DNA of 62,418 nucleotides, filler included, from Sluysia triapertura (Eukaryota), in the NCBI GenBank assembly GCA_046118255.1. It is 5 parts of 5 records of this genome, joined end to end, with 100 filler letters (N's around TTAATTAATTAA, not from the genome) between each part and the next. Parts side by side here need not be neighbours in the genome. Positions count along the whole stretch, not along the records: positions 1 to 14,687 come from JBJNIA010251973.1; positions 14,788 to 28,574 come from JBJNIA010019850.1; 3 more parts are not named here. One strand, written 5' to 3'. Each line of letters begins with the position of its first letter. Within the stretch, counting starts at the first letter, position 1. Of the stretch, positions 11,448 through 25,204 are shown one piece after another. The notes under the pieces were generated by a model that had not been told where the DNA came from, did not search any database, and saw only the letters and a program-made list of their open reading frames with translations. The translations under genes and the position numbers were made by a program.

Positions 11448-14400
11448 TTTAGTTCAATTAGCTCAGGCTTTTTAATTGATAAAATTTCCGCCAAAATGTG
11501 TCTCTTTTTAAAAACAATGTTCAAGATTTTTTATTACTGCCAATTGTTTTTATCTATTTTAAAAATTTTTTTTATTGTATAATAAAAATTTTTGAAATAG
11601 AGTATTCAGTGATTGGCCATCCAACCAGGTGCGTTATAAAAGAAACAATAGTAATACTTATTCTGATTGAATGACCAATATAAAAGCATAAAATAGATAC
11701 AGAATCATTGATGAGTAAACCACTATCAGTGGTGACAACGATTAGAAATGAATTTTAATGAAATAGCCACTGATAGTGGTAGTTACTGAATAATTCATTA
11801 GTTTAATTGAAAATAAAAATAAAATGTGATAATAATAATAATAACAAAATATTATTATTATTATTACTAAACTCATAAAGTTCTTTATCTTTACTAAACA
11901 TGATCTTTCTATATTTCTCTTTACCTTCTGAACATATTAAAATCTTAAAACTTGAAGTACAATTATTCTTTTATAATGTAAAAATGAAATATAAAATGTT
12001 TTAAGTGAATATAGGTTATAGTCTGGCTTTTAATATGTTCAAAAGGTGATTATACGATGTTGAAATGTGATTTATTTTCTTGGTATGTTTTTAAATAGTG
12101 ACTGCGCCTTGTGTTGTTAAGACTCAAATGATGTAGATCATGAATTCAGAGTGTTTGGAAAGATTTGAAAGTGTATGACAATTAATTTTAAATGTGGTTG
12201 TGATTGAATTGTTTTGAGATAAAAGACAAAATACTTTCGATGAATTGTTAATGTAATTTAATGGTTTAGAATGTTATGAGATTATGTGTTTAGTTGATTT
12301 TAAGGGATGAAGATGCTTTTAATGGATATAAAAGAGATAATCATGAGAGTGTTAAAATGTTTAAGAGTATGGTTTTATGTAGAATATGTTGATTTAATTT
12401 AATGTTGTTTTCTGTTGATTTTGGGTGTAATTTGTAGATTTTAAGAATGAATATTTATGTAAAAGAAATATTTTTGATGAATATTGTGCTATTATGGAAA
12501 GTAATTTTTAATAAAATTTATTAGGAAAATACGTTGGCCACCACAAAGTACAGAAAGAAAACAAAAGTTTATTAAATAAGAGTGGAATTAATAATACAAC
12601 TAATATAGAAGTATACAGCAATATATATAACAATAAAATAAACAGTTTAAAAATAAAAATTTTATTCTTTATTTATTTTAAATTTTTAAAATTAATTAAG
12701 CCAGGTGTGATACTTGGCGTACATGAATGAAATTTTAAGTCAGATTTTAATACAGAAACAAACTTACAGTATAAACTTAACAATTATCAACTTACTTAAT
12801 CGTAAAGGAATTTGTTCAAGTTAATCCCAAATTTCGATTCCAAATTAATTATACGATTATTAGCTTCAAATCAATGTCTCGTTTCTCAATAGATCAAATT
12901 AAGGCAACGTCGTCTCCAAAATAATATATTTCAAATCGAGTTTATAATCAAATCTAATTTGTAACCAAATCGAATTTATAACCAAATTTGAATTGAATTT
13001 TATGTTCAGATCAATATACTCCAACAAATATCTTTTCTATCAGCAACTTTTTTGTGTGTCCGACAAAATAATTTCTTTTCTTATATATGATTTTGATAAT
13101 GGATTTTTACATATTTTTATTATTTTATTTATTTTATTATTTTAAAACATAAAAACTAGATAAAATTTGTTTTTGCGAACATAAAAATTACAAAATTCTT
13201 TTATTTGTTTTCGTACAATATTTTATTTGATTAATTAAAATTCTATTTATAAAAATAATTTAACAAAATATTAATTTTATTTACGAAAAATTTTTATTAA
13301 AAATTAAATTAAATCGTTTCATATTTTATTAATTAGTCAAAATCAAAAATTATTTACAAAAATTCAGCATTTTACAAATTTACAGACAAAGATTAAACAA
13401 AGATTTTATTTTTTGCAATATTGAGTGTCAATGTCTAATTATAAAAATTTGTTCATGTTTATGTTTAAAAATCAATGATTGTATACAAATTATATTTAGA
13501 AAAAAAGTTAAAAATAGTAATATCTAGTGTTATTATTTGTTGTTATTATTATTATTATTATAAATTGCTACATTATTTTGTTAAAATACATTAACTTCAA
13601 GGACAAAAGAGAATATATATACATATATATACACAAACAAAAATTCACACAAGATATATTTTTAAAAATATTCAACTACAATATAGAACACTCGAGAGAC
13701 ATTTGTTTATCCAAAAAGTGTTGAAAAGAACCTTATCAGGACAAAATATTTTTTGGAAAGATTACCAATAAATTTCATTGGCGATCATATTTGCGGAAAT
13801 ATTGCATCCACTTATTAATATACTAAGAAATTAGTTAGTTAATTTTATATAAGTTTTAATTTCTTTTTAATAAGAATTATAAAATCCACTTAATATTTTT
13901 AATTAATTTTAAAAAATATTTTTTAAGTTATCTAGCAAAATCTTCTTTAAAAATCCTTAAGAAAGAACAATTATATTAAAATTGATAAATATTTCTTTAC
14001 TTATTTCAACAGTGTAAATTTTGTGTCTTAAATCCAAATTATTAACAAAAACTCAATAATTAAATTAACCCAAAAATTATTTTTATTTTCAAATTATAAA
14101 GAACAAATCAATCTATATTAACTACAAAAATCAAATATTAGAACAGGAATAAACTAACAAAAAATGATCAAATCTTAACATCATCAATTTAAGTGTTTAT
14201 TATCAATGTTAAACACGTAATAATATGTCAAAAAAGAAACCAGAGGTAACGCAACAATTATTAAAATATCAATATCTACAAATAATTAAAGTCAATTACA
14301 ATTATATATATGTTTTGTCAAATATCTTTACTTAACGTAATAACCAAAAAGTATGAAAATAAAATTTGAGCAGGGAGTCGCCCACAATGTAATTAAAATT

Positions 14401-14687
14401 CAGGCTTAAATATATAACTTAAGTCAATTTAAAATAATCTGAACAAGGTGTCTCCCTAACTCAATTAAAACCACTTTATCGAAAGCTAAATTTAAAAACT
14501 TAAAAAGATTCTCAAAATTAAAAAGAAATAAAGTTATAAAATCAATTTATCGATTTACCTTATTCAAAAATTAAAGATATAAATTATATCTTTATTTTAA
14601 AAATATATAATTGTTGGGGTAAAAAGGCCTAAAAGTGCCATTTGGGAAAATTGAATATAATAAAAATGAAATTGTTAGACGGGGCTG

Positions 14688-14787
14688 NNNNNNNNNNNNN
14701 NNNNNNNNNNNNNNNNNNNNNNNNNNNNNNNTTAATTAATTAANNNNNNNNNNNNNNNNNNNNNNNNNNNNNNNNNNNNNNNNNNNN
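14688..14787. other. Artificial contig linker (44N-TTAATTAATTAA-44N)
   Basis: Exactly 100 nt with a six-frame stop palindrome in the centre; identical at four places. Confidence 0.95.
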
Positions 14788-15340
14788 CCAAATTAAATAT
14801 CCAACTAATTAGTGTTTTCTTCAAATATTTCCAAACGTTGAATTAGTGTTTTCTTTAAATAATTCCAAATGTTAGCTGCTAAATTCTAATTTTCTCACCT
14901 TTTTTCAACTTGTCTATAAAATTCTGTTAAACTTTAGTTTATTTTAAGCCTTATATACCTTGTTATAAAACGTTAAAATAAATATCCGATATTAGAACTT
15001 CCACTTTTTTGTAAATAAAAATATTATAAATTATCTGTTTATAACTGAATAAATACAATTTTCTAGTTAAAATAAATAAATAAATAAATTTGTAAATAAC
15101 AATTTTCTAATTAACTAAAACGATTTCCTGTATAAAACTAAATTAACGATTTCCTGTATTTACTAGTTAAAATAAATAAAACTAAAAATTAACAACTTCC
15201 TTTTTAAAATAAAGATTTTTATTAGATTATTATTTATTATTATTATTATTACAATTACCTATTTACAATTATTCTATTTAATATTATAACAATTATTTCT
15301 TTAAAACTAATTAGATTATAATTAATTATTATTATGATTA

Positions 15341-16220
15341 TTATTTACAAAAATTTAGATTATTATTTACATATAAATCAATGTTTTCTATTGAAAATAA
15401 GATACTATTTGGATATGTATCAGATTTAAATTCATAAATTAATACAGATGCCAATAATAATTGATTGTACTGATTTTTCAGTGTCATCATAATTGAAGGT
15501 AAGTAAAGTATTTTACCGATCGAATTTATTACATAATCCAAAACAATTACTTCAGAATAATTATTTACTAAAAAGTTACTAAACGGTTTTCCTTCTAATT
15601 TTTTTCTTTTAGCATAATTTTAGCATGTTTATTTGCTTGTATTATTTTAGATGATCTTCTATCGATCAGTAGTAAAGTTTTGTATGGATTGAAGTGACAT
15701 TCTATTTCATGTTTAAAATGTGACAATAGTTTTCTTATTGATATTTTACAATTCCACTGAACTGGTAATTAGAATTTGTCACAATTAAGTACTTGGGTAA
15801 AATATTCGGATCCAAATAAACTGACTTAGCATTTCTTCTAAGTTAATTTATTTTCAAATAAACATATTTCTTTAAGAACATCTTTAGATGATTCTACATT
15901 TTTTTGTTTCTTCAATAAAGGTTTCTTTGACTTTTATATCTATATTTTTATTATCATTAATCTGGTTATCAATAGCGGCCTTAGTAGTATGTATTTCATT
16001 TGACTTAACACTGTTTTTTTCAAACTTTCGCAAAAAGTATTCTTCAACTAATTTTTAAATTTCTTCCAAATCTGAAGAGTTATCAGAAGTAGAAAAATTT
16101 GAAAAAGTAACATCTGAACTTGATGATAACGATGAATTTGACGAACTCAGTGATCCGATATCTTGATTAAGTATTTCATCTGATTTTATTAAACATTTAG
16201 TTTTGAAATTGCTCATTGCA
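15341..16220 (-). pseudogene. Long disrupted ORF of unknown family
   Basis: The ORF-track pieces 16055-16315 and 15341-15541 are linked by mostly open, protein-like sequence with scattered stops (…FKHEIECHFNPYKTLLLIDRRSSKII…). Confidence 0.35.
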
Positions 16221-16614
16221 CAACTACGTAATTTGTCACGTCCATTTGTTGCGCGATAATTTAAAATGCGATAGATTAGTGATAAAGATAAAAGGAATAG
16301 TAATAATGATGACAATTACGTGGTTATTATGTTTATTAATGCAGAATTATTGAAATTTATTATGAAATTTTATCATGAAAATTATTATAAAAGTTATTAT
16401 AAAAGCTATTACTATATGATCATATTATATAACAATAATGACTATAATTATTATATATTTTAATATGATCTGAATCGTAATAATAATAACGATAGTTCAT
16501 GATAATTAGATGTGATGGTCATGTTTGTTTTTTGAATGAGTTTAGTAGTTTATTTAATAGTCTGTGTATATGTGAAGTGTTTTTGTGTGATGTAGTGTGA
16601 TGGATTTTGTGTGA

Positions 16615-18911
16615 AGAATTCCCTACACAGATGCTAGTGAAAAAGAAGATGTTCCCAATGAAGACGAAAATGATGATGACAATGATGGTCCAGATGCAGA
16701 AGAAGACGCCAAAGAAAAAGATGATAATAATACCGATGATGACACAGATCCTACTGCTGCAACTTCAACCCGAAGAGAAGAACAACATGGCACAAGTCAC
16801 ACTAATGGCGATGGAGATTTCGCTGTTCGTGGTTTCCAGACAGTAGTTGTTCCTGTACCTGATTGGAATGAAGAAAGTACTGTGGATGACACACCTAGTT
16901 CTACCAGTGTTGCTGCATTTTTGGAACCAGAAGATGGTTACCCTGATGTTCGAGAATTCCGGCGCTGGGGTCTAGGCCGAGACTCAACTGCTATAGTTTC
17001 ACAAGTTGCATATTTTTAACATCTATTGTGATCCTATCTTTATTTCTGGAATGTTTGAACTTTAATTGTTTGTATGCTGTTTTCATCACTTATGCATGCA
17101 AATCATTTTTATTTTTATTTATTTATTGTCGTTCCTCCTTTATCAAAGATATAACGGTTTGTCCTTTGATCCCATATTTATTCTCCCATTTTAGAGGAGG
17201 TTGTTCTACCAGTAAAAACATATATCCTTTCGCCAATTCTAAACCACGCCTAGGAGGAGGTCCTGAATCAAAGCACATGTGGCTCTTTGAAGTCGAAATT
17301 GAGTCTTACTTTTCTTCCTTTCGCACCACTAACGTTGCCATTATCACTTCTTTATGCGAAACCTACTACAAAAATCCTTACTCTTTAAAAGATCAATTTT
17401 AGCATATGTCCCCGGTTTCCCCACTATCTACATTCGAGCTCATTTCTCTCTCCTTGTTATTGATACTAACGACGGTTATTGATATTAATGCCTATGTTCT
17501 CTCCCCTTATGGCGGCACAATGATCAAAATATAAATGCTATAGGGAAAGGACTCTGTCAGCGCATTTGAACCCTACTAAATCTTAGGGTCATCACATTCC
17601 TCCCAAATGCCCCATTTCCATTTCAGTTACAGACCAATTCATATGATTGCGGTGTCATGGTCTATGGGTATTTGGAGGCCCTTGCGCTAAAGTACATACT
17701 TCTAAAAATGGATCCTCAGGCAATTCTTCGACCTGAGCCGCTTTTCTCTAAAGGAAAACTGAAAATTGGTCCCACCCCACTTTTGGGATTTCAGTCGGCA
17801 CCTCAGTCATGCCATGAAATACAAAATAGGGGTTTTGAAACCAGTGTCAAAGAAAGCAAGATTTGCCGAGGTTATAAGAACTGACGAACCCAAAGAACTG
17901 ACCGGACTGCATTCACAATCGATGGATATAAAAGGGAAAATAACATTTGTCTAAATTACAAAATTAATGAAACTACCCACCCTCATTCCTCTCTTGACTG
18001 TCACACCTGCGCCACGACTAGCAACTTCGGCCAAAGTTGCAAAGTCTAAGAAAGACTTGCTACCTACAGGGTTTATACAATGGACCCACCACCAATTGCT
18101 GCATACAACAAGCGTCCTAAAAAGGTCAGGCGTAATCGACCTAGACTTCAATTACCACGTAGTGATTATAGTAATCGTCAGGTCTTACTCCATCAAAATG
18201 AATGGATAGAGAAACCATTCAAACACAATAATTTGCAGATAAAATTGGCGTCTCATACTAAAGCAGTGATGAAACCTCCCCTATGTATTACTAAGGGTTT
18301 CTTCACCAATAACCTTATTTTTCACCAATAAATGATAATACATATTTCTGTTCCAAACTCAATGTCACAGGACCTTTGCCTCTTCCTCTTCTTCCTCCTT
18401 TTCCTCCTCTTCCTAAAGATCTTGATACTCCCATTCCTCCTACGACTACTGTTTTACCCCAAATTCCTACTGTTTTACCTCCTCCTATTTCCCCAAAGGT
18501 AATCCTAGAAAGCTTTTGCGTTACAGAAGACACACCACTACAAGATTCTGATGTAAACTTATCCTGAACTACGATCGGTGAGGACCCTTCTGTTGAACTT
18601 ATCCATAACGAGTTTCCTGAAAGTTTCTACTTGCAAGAACAAGCCGCTACCACTGAGAAGCAGTCAATTTCTGCATCGGCTGACCTCGATGGCTGCACCA
18701 CTTCTATAACTAACTCAACATTTGTATCACATAGATTTGACTTCCACATCTTTATCTGCCGTAAGGGTTGCATTAAATGTTCCTTCTTCGACTGTAACAT
18801 GAAGGGCCTTACAGTTAAGAACCGCAATGATTGTAGTTAACTCCGTAGGCACTTTGAAGGAAAAACACTTCATCACATACGAACATTTCTTACATACACA
18901 GAACGCTAAAT
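16615..18911 (+). mobile_element. Decayed 5' portion of a Ulp1(C48)-protease/zinc-finger element, NeSL/Utopia-like non-LTR retrotransposon
   Basis: Island visibly richer in GC than its flanks. In order: acidic frame 16615-17019; WLFEVEIESYF (17280); PTIYIRAHFSLLVID (His 17441); FQLQTNSYDCGVMVYGY (Cys 17648); Pro-rich linker 18376-18500; CSFFDC..LRRHFEGK(H) finger (18778-18870). Several in-frame stops and frameshifts; no RT seen. Confidence 0.65.
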
Positions 18912-20538
18912 AAACTACTTGAATCATTCAAAAACAAACATAGTCATTGTACGGTTATTGTAATCATGAATTCCATTGTAATAATAATTCTTATAATAAT
19001 ATCACAATGTCATCAACATCATCATATTAAAATATGATAATTATATTATTGTTATCATGCAATTACTATTGTTAATATTGCTCGTCGTTATCTTTCATCA
19101 CTCTTATTCGTTTTTTTCTTTTTATATTTTAGTATTTATTGTTATTTTTATATGAATGTGATCAAGATCTAACCAAAACTTTTAAATAAAAAATTTTTCA
19201 GAAAAGAGCTTTGATGATAATGAAAAATGTTTAGATGACAAATATATAATAGATTATTTGCAAAAGCATTCTGTGAATGTTTTGTGGAAACTAATGTATA
19301 GCCTAAATCACTTCTACATGTTTATCTCATTTATAATAACAATATTCTTGATGTTGTCAACTTTCTATGTGTCATATTTCATTATTTCATTATTTCCAGA
19401 AGAAAAAAACATCATTCGACACTGAATTATTCAATATATATCAACGAATTATTTCGGAATTCGGAATTGTGCTATAAAGTATCTTAAGAAAATAAATTGT
19501 TTTATTGTCAAATATTTCGATGGTTTTATTTTCAAATTAAGTATTATTTATTAATATTAGTTGTGGTTCACAATATTTTTTTCGTATTATGGCTGATGAT
19601 ATAGATGAACATATAATGTTTGTACTATTTGAAATTTTAAAAAAATTAATTTGATAAAATATCGATTTATAAACTCTAAGCATTTAAATGATTCAGTTTT
19701 ATTATTGGAATAAAATTTTGAACAAGATGTGCAATTGTTTAATCCGCTATTAAAGGAACATTGTATTGTTAAATTTGAAGATTTAATTATTTATATAATG
19801 TTTAATGGATTATGCAGTGATAAGTTGAAGTTATTCAGTAATAACAAATAATTTGTAAAATCAACATTTTATAACTTCTATATATGTCTGCAATTATCAT
19901 CATCATTAATTTTACAAGTTAATAATGTATCAGATTTTAATAATGAGGCATTATGACCCATGGTTGGATCATAAAAACCAAATTTATTTGTAACTAATTT
20001 ACCATTATCGTACTTCATAAGTACCATCAATTATAGTTAAACTGGTAATGTAATGCAATGATGTCGCTTTGCAAGGAAGTACATATAAAGTATTGTTATA
20101 AACTTTGGTGTAACCATTATTACTTTGACTTTGGTAAAAAGTAAAATCTGAGTATAGCGAATATTTTTCTTGTGAAAGGTTTCACTTGAAATGCATTTTT
20201 ATTTCGTATACAAAGCACAACATGGGCAACATAATGACTGGAAGATTATATTCGAAGTATTCGATTCACAAATTGTATAATTTCCCAGTACAACCAAATT
20301 GGTATTATTATTATTATTATCATTATTATTATTATTTTATAAATTATGAGTAGGTAAAAGTTAAATAATATAGTATTTATTGTTATTTTCATTACATTAC
20401 TCCTATCATTACTATCATTGCAACTATCATCACTGTTGCTTCTGGGCTACGGTTGCCGGGATATCCGAAATTATAAAATAATAATTTAAGAAATTAATGA
20501 GTAAATCTGATGAAGTTAAATCGATTATATAAAAATAC

Positions 20539-21411
20539 ATGAGGTTGGATAAATGTGCAATGCTAAACTTTGGTTATTTGCATGATTTGTTCCAGTTTTT
20601 GTCGGAAGAATTCGATATAAAATATAATTATAATGAAGATTCTGTAGAACTCCGAGTTTATAATGTAGCTGTTCGTTATAAAGTATTTTCTATAATTCAA
20701 GTGCCAAAATTGTCACTTCATATTGAAAAATTGTTAAATTGTTACGTGACGTCACGTTGGAATTTGGAGGAAGGTTCTGAAACTGAATCATCACACCAAA
20801 ACATTATGCAAGCTATCGAAAAATTTATTAAAGAATATACTGAGCATTATTTTCATGAAATTCCTGTATTATTCATTCTTTCCGCTCATAAAAAAGCAGT
20901 GCTCAAATTTATTTCTAAGGATCCCAGTAATCCGATTACATTTGAATCTAGAATTCAAGTTCCAGTAATTCCCTTATTATTATTGTTATGATTGTATGTG
21001 TATATTCAAAAACGCTTTTATTTTTTAATAAAGCCGCACTAAATTTTGTTGGTTATGTTTTAGTATTTTGTTTAAAGGCCTTAAGCTTATCTTTTTAATT
21101 GGTTTTTTAATAATTAAAAATTTTAACCTCTTTGTAAATTCGTTGAATAGGTTAATTAAATAGATCCAAATCCACAAGCCGTCCAGGTGTTTCATCCAGA
21201 AATACAATTCACCAGCCCTATGAATGAATTAAAGGTAAAATGCACCTGTGGTGCAATCAAAACATGGAAAGAATTCATCATGTCTCACGCTGAGCACATT
21301 AATATATTAAACAGTGACATCCGCGGCGCAGTAAAAAGAATCACTGCCATACCCTGTGTACCGGATGTTGGATTTGGCACACAGCACAGCATTCATAGCT
21401 TTGGACTTTAA
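20539..21411 (+). CDS. Hypothetical protein or pseudogene (two ORFs, 150 aa and 74 aa, possibly exons)
   Basis: Two protein-like ORFs separated by an AT-rich intron-like spacer; the second has a CxC..H..H pattern. I could not find an in-phase splice join. Confidence 0.3.
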
Positions 21412-24400
21412 ATGATATTTTAATGGATTCGATGATTATTCATTTTATCATTTGATAATTATTATCTTATTACATTTGATTATTTATTAATTGATATTAT
21501 AATTGATTTTATTATTTAATTACGGTTGACTCTTCATTTTATTAATTGACATTATTATCTCATTAGTAATATTCATTTTATTTATTTAAAATATTATTAT
21601 TATAAATTAAAATCAAAATTAAAAGTTAAAATTTTTGTTTTAATGTACTATTTTAAAATATGGAGGCGAGTAATTTAAATTGTATATAAATAACATTAGA
21701 CAATCTAGACAAAACACACGGAAAACAATCTAGAAAAATTCAGTAGGCAATATAATATAATCGAAATTTAGGCGCTGATCTTACAATTTTATTGAAGAAA
21801 ATTTCAATCATTGTTCCATGAAAAAGTAATTAATTTCTGTATAAGATTTTCTAATTCTAATTGTAAAACAATAGAACATAAAATACCACTTAACCTTTAT
21901 AATATATGTCAGACCGTAAAAAGGTTGACTTAAAATCTTTTAAAATAAATTGATCTAAGTGCTGAACTTAAGATCTAAACTGCATATTTTTATTATACAT
22001 TATATAAGTAATTTTACTAGTTTAAATTGTCTTTGATTTAATAATAAATTTTTTCATTTGTATATTTATTTAAAATCTTCATATATTGGCCAGACCGTAA
22101 AAAGGCTGGTTCAAAGCTTAATATACAGTATAATTGACCAGACCGTACGAAGGCTGGTTTAACCAAGTACTTTAAGAGTTCTACGAAAAAGATTTATTCA
22201 TTCACTGAACTATATTTTTAAGGAACTAGTTAGTTTAAAGTCCTTTAAATTCTGTTTAATTATCTTTTTAAATCTAATTAGGACGTCATCTTTTGATATA
22301 AATCGTGCCTAGTTAGTCGGACGGACTCCAGATCTATTTTGAATAAGAGGAAATATCTTACAGAAATGGAAACAAAAAAGTGATAAAAGGTAACATGCAA
22401 CAAGTATGAATTAAATAAAAACAGTACACTTTTTGCCCTAATCTACTTTACACATTGATTTATAAACAACATACGTAAATTAGAAAGAGAATGTAGTGAG
22501 AGTTATGTAGGTGCTCTCGGAAGTGATGTTGAGGAGGAATAGAATAGGCGATATCCACGGTACCAATTGTGATATTGATATGATCGATTATGGTGGTTTA
22601 ATGTTGATTTTATTTTTAGTTCTGCAGTTTGTTAGTGAATGAATTTTATTAAATTTGTAATTGCACGTGGTAACAAAAGTACCGTATACTATCTGGGACA
22701 CCACATCAATTTTGAAATAGCATTTAAGATTTTAACAAATTAGTCCATTTTTAGACTTCATCTTATTTTATGTTTAAAGGTTTATTGAAGTTCTGTTTTA
22801 TTTCTTTGAAATTTTTTTTTGAAGATCATTATCTTCATAGATGATATGGAATTTTATTATCATAATTTTGTTTTGTATTATAACACTTAACTTCGAATTG
22901 TAATACGAAATTTTATATTAAACTGTTTGAAAATGCAGCTTCTAATTTACTTTGTTCTGTGTGATATTTTGTTGTTTGTCAAGATTTTGAATATAATTTT
23001 ATCCGAAGAGTTAACACACCACAATGTGTGTTCATGCAATAATGGAGTCCAGCACACCCATTAAATTAATGTTTGGGTTGTTTTATAAGGGTGTGAATCC
23101 ACTAACAACAGTTAACTTCACATCACAAGTAAAACTTCAAGGTAGAGTTCATCAAAGAATTTAATAAATTTCGAAGGAAAAGCAAACAAAGAAATATCAA
23201 TTAATTTATCGAAATTTCGCATTCTATTTTACTTGGACATTAGGTTTTTGGGCTTCATGAATGCTGGAGAAATGTTCCGTTGAACATCGAAAGCATCACG
23301 AATATGATATCTACCACCGAATTGTGCTTGAGTATTCATGATTTCAGTGGCAATGTTCTTGAATTCACCTATGTACGACTTCATGAGATTCAACAGGTCA
23401 ACTTCAACTTTATAGTTCAAATTAGACAGCAGTGGTTCAACTAGAGTTTTCTGAAGATGCAATATAAATTTGATAGTGATAAATCATTTATCAATCTATA
23501 ATAAATTAAAATAATTATCAATCGTATAATCAATCGTATTTATTGGTTATAACGTAGCCACAGTTTCATATTCAGACCCCTGATACTAGATGGTGTAAGT
23601 CGCTTACTATCGAATTCTCATTCATTTTGCAATTTGAAAATTAAAAACAACACTTGAAAATAGTGTACTTTGACTTCGTAAACATAATAAATAATTTCGA
23701 TCTGACAATGCAAATAAATAGATATATCACTAGGAACTTTGATCAATGCTCATTTATCATGACTTCTTTCATATTCAGACACGACACTAATGATGATACA
23801 AAATATGGTGTTTATTAATTTCTGACCTTACTTTATTAGATAAATTAGTTGATCCGATTACTTATTGTCGATTTTTAAACTCAATGTTTATCTGTAAAAG
23901 TGCCAACTGTTATAATTAATTATATTAATCAACAATGACAAATCATGTATGTGACAATAGGAATCCATGGTCAAATTCTTAGTAAATTGATATAACACAT
24001 TTTAGATTTAGTTCCTTTTATCTACTTAATTTGTTAATCATGCATTCAATGTCTTCATATCTTCATAGCATTTGATGATATTAATATATGTTGTGCATTT
24101 CAACATTGAATAATCAAATATAGTTTAATTTTAAAGTGACAGAATTATTTCAATTAATTGGTATTAAAATAAACCTATTAGCCATTCTTGTAAATCATTA
24201 AATTTTATAAAATATTTTATCATAACTTATCTATATAAAGATATCAAAGAACTAATAAGTATTACTTAGAATACGATTCCAATACAACTCAAAAGAGTTT
24301 ACCAAATAAAAAAGGTACAAGTACAAATTCAAATTCAAACAACGTGAATATTCATATCATGATTCGCAACAGTCATATTCTTCTTACTATTTTTTCAAGC

Positions 24401-25204
24401 TACCTTCAATTAAATCCACTTAATTATAATTCATTCGAAACAGTAACACCATCTTAGTATATCAATCTATTGTATCGGCCATACTTTCTCAATATTTAGT
24501 ATCTTCTTATAATTACCATTTCTTGTGGTTTACGGATCATTTTCTCGTGTTAACGATTTCTTCATGATACTCAGAATCGGAAAAACAACAAGAATTCGCT
24601 CATTCTTTTTTGATTTACAAATAATTTTAAGAATATTCATGTTTTTCTAAAATTGCTGTAGCTATTCTGACACTTAACCTACGGCAAAATGCTTTTGAAC
24701 AGAGTCCGGTCACTGTAAACGTATTATGTCGTGAAGGTGTTTCTGTAACTATATAAAGTAACATTTTATCTGAATAGTAGTGCTCTTTAGTTAGGATCTT
24801 AAAAAATGCTCGTCTATTCAACTCTTTTAATAATTTATTCTATAACTTTCAATAATTAAATGGAAACAAAAATAATAACTGTATTATACAAAATGATAAA
24901 TTTTAGAGCAAGAATAAGACTAAAGATGATAAAATGAAAGAAAAATATTAAAGATTAAAGCTCCAAGAACGTTATTATTTTAAGTATATATTGAGTCCCT
25001 CAATATATCGAGACTCAATAATTAAATGTAATTGAAAATTTGAATAAGATTTTATAATTTTAATTTCAAAAGTTGAAAGTGATCTTAAAAATATATAATT
25101 TACCAATTGAATAATCGTTGCTTGATTAATGTTGCCAAATCGTAGAATGTGTTGCGATAATTCAGGAGAAATTTTCAAAAATATTGTTGGGATGCAGGCC
25201 TAAA

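Noticed and set aside
11133-11582. Ile-rich ORF-track entries on the + strand and in the alternate frame
   Set aside because: Shadow frames of the Asp/Asn-rich repeat ORF.
11990-12480. Strong G/T strand skew, possibly a LINE relic
   Set aside because: No recognisable endonuclease or RT motif in manual translation.
12932-12995. Short 17-bp tandem repeat (accaaatcgaatttata), superficially array-like
   Set aside because: No spacers; an ordinary minisatellite, not CRISPR (eukaryotic context).
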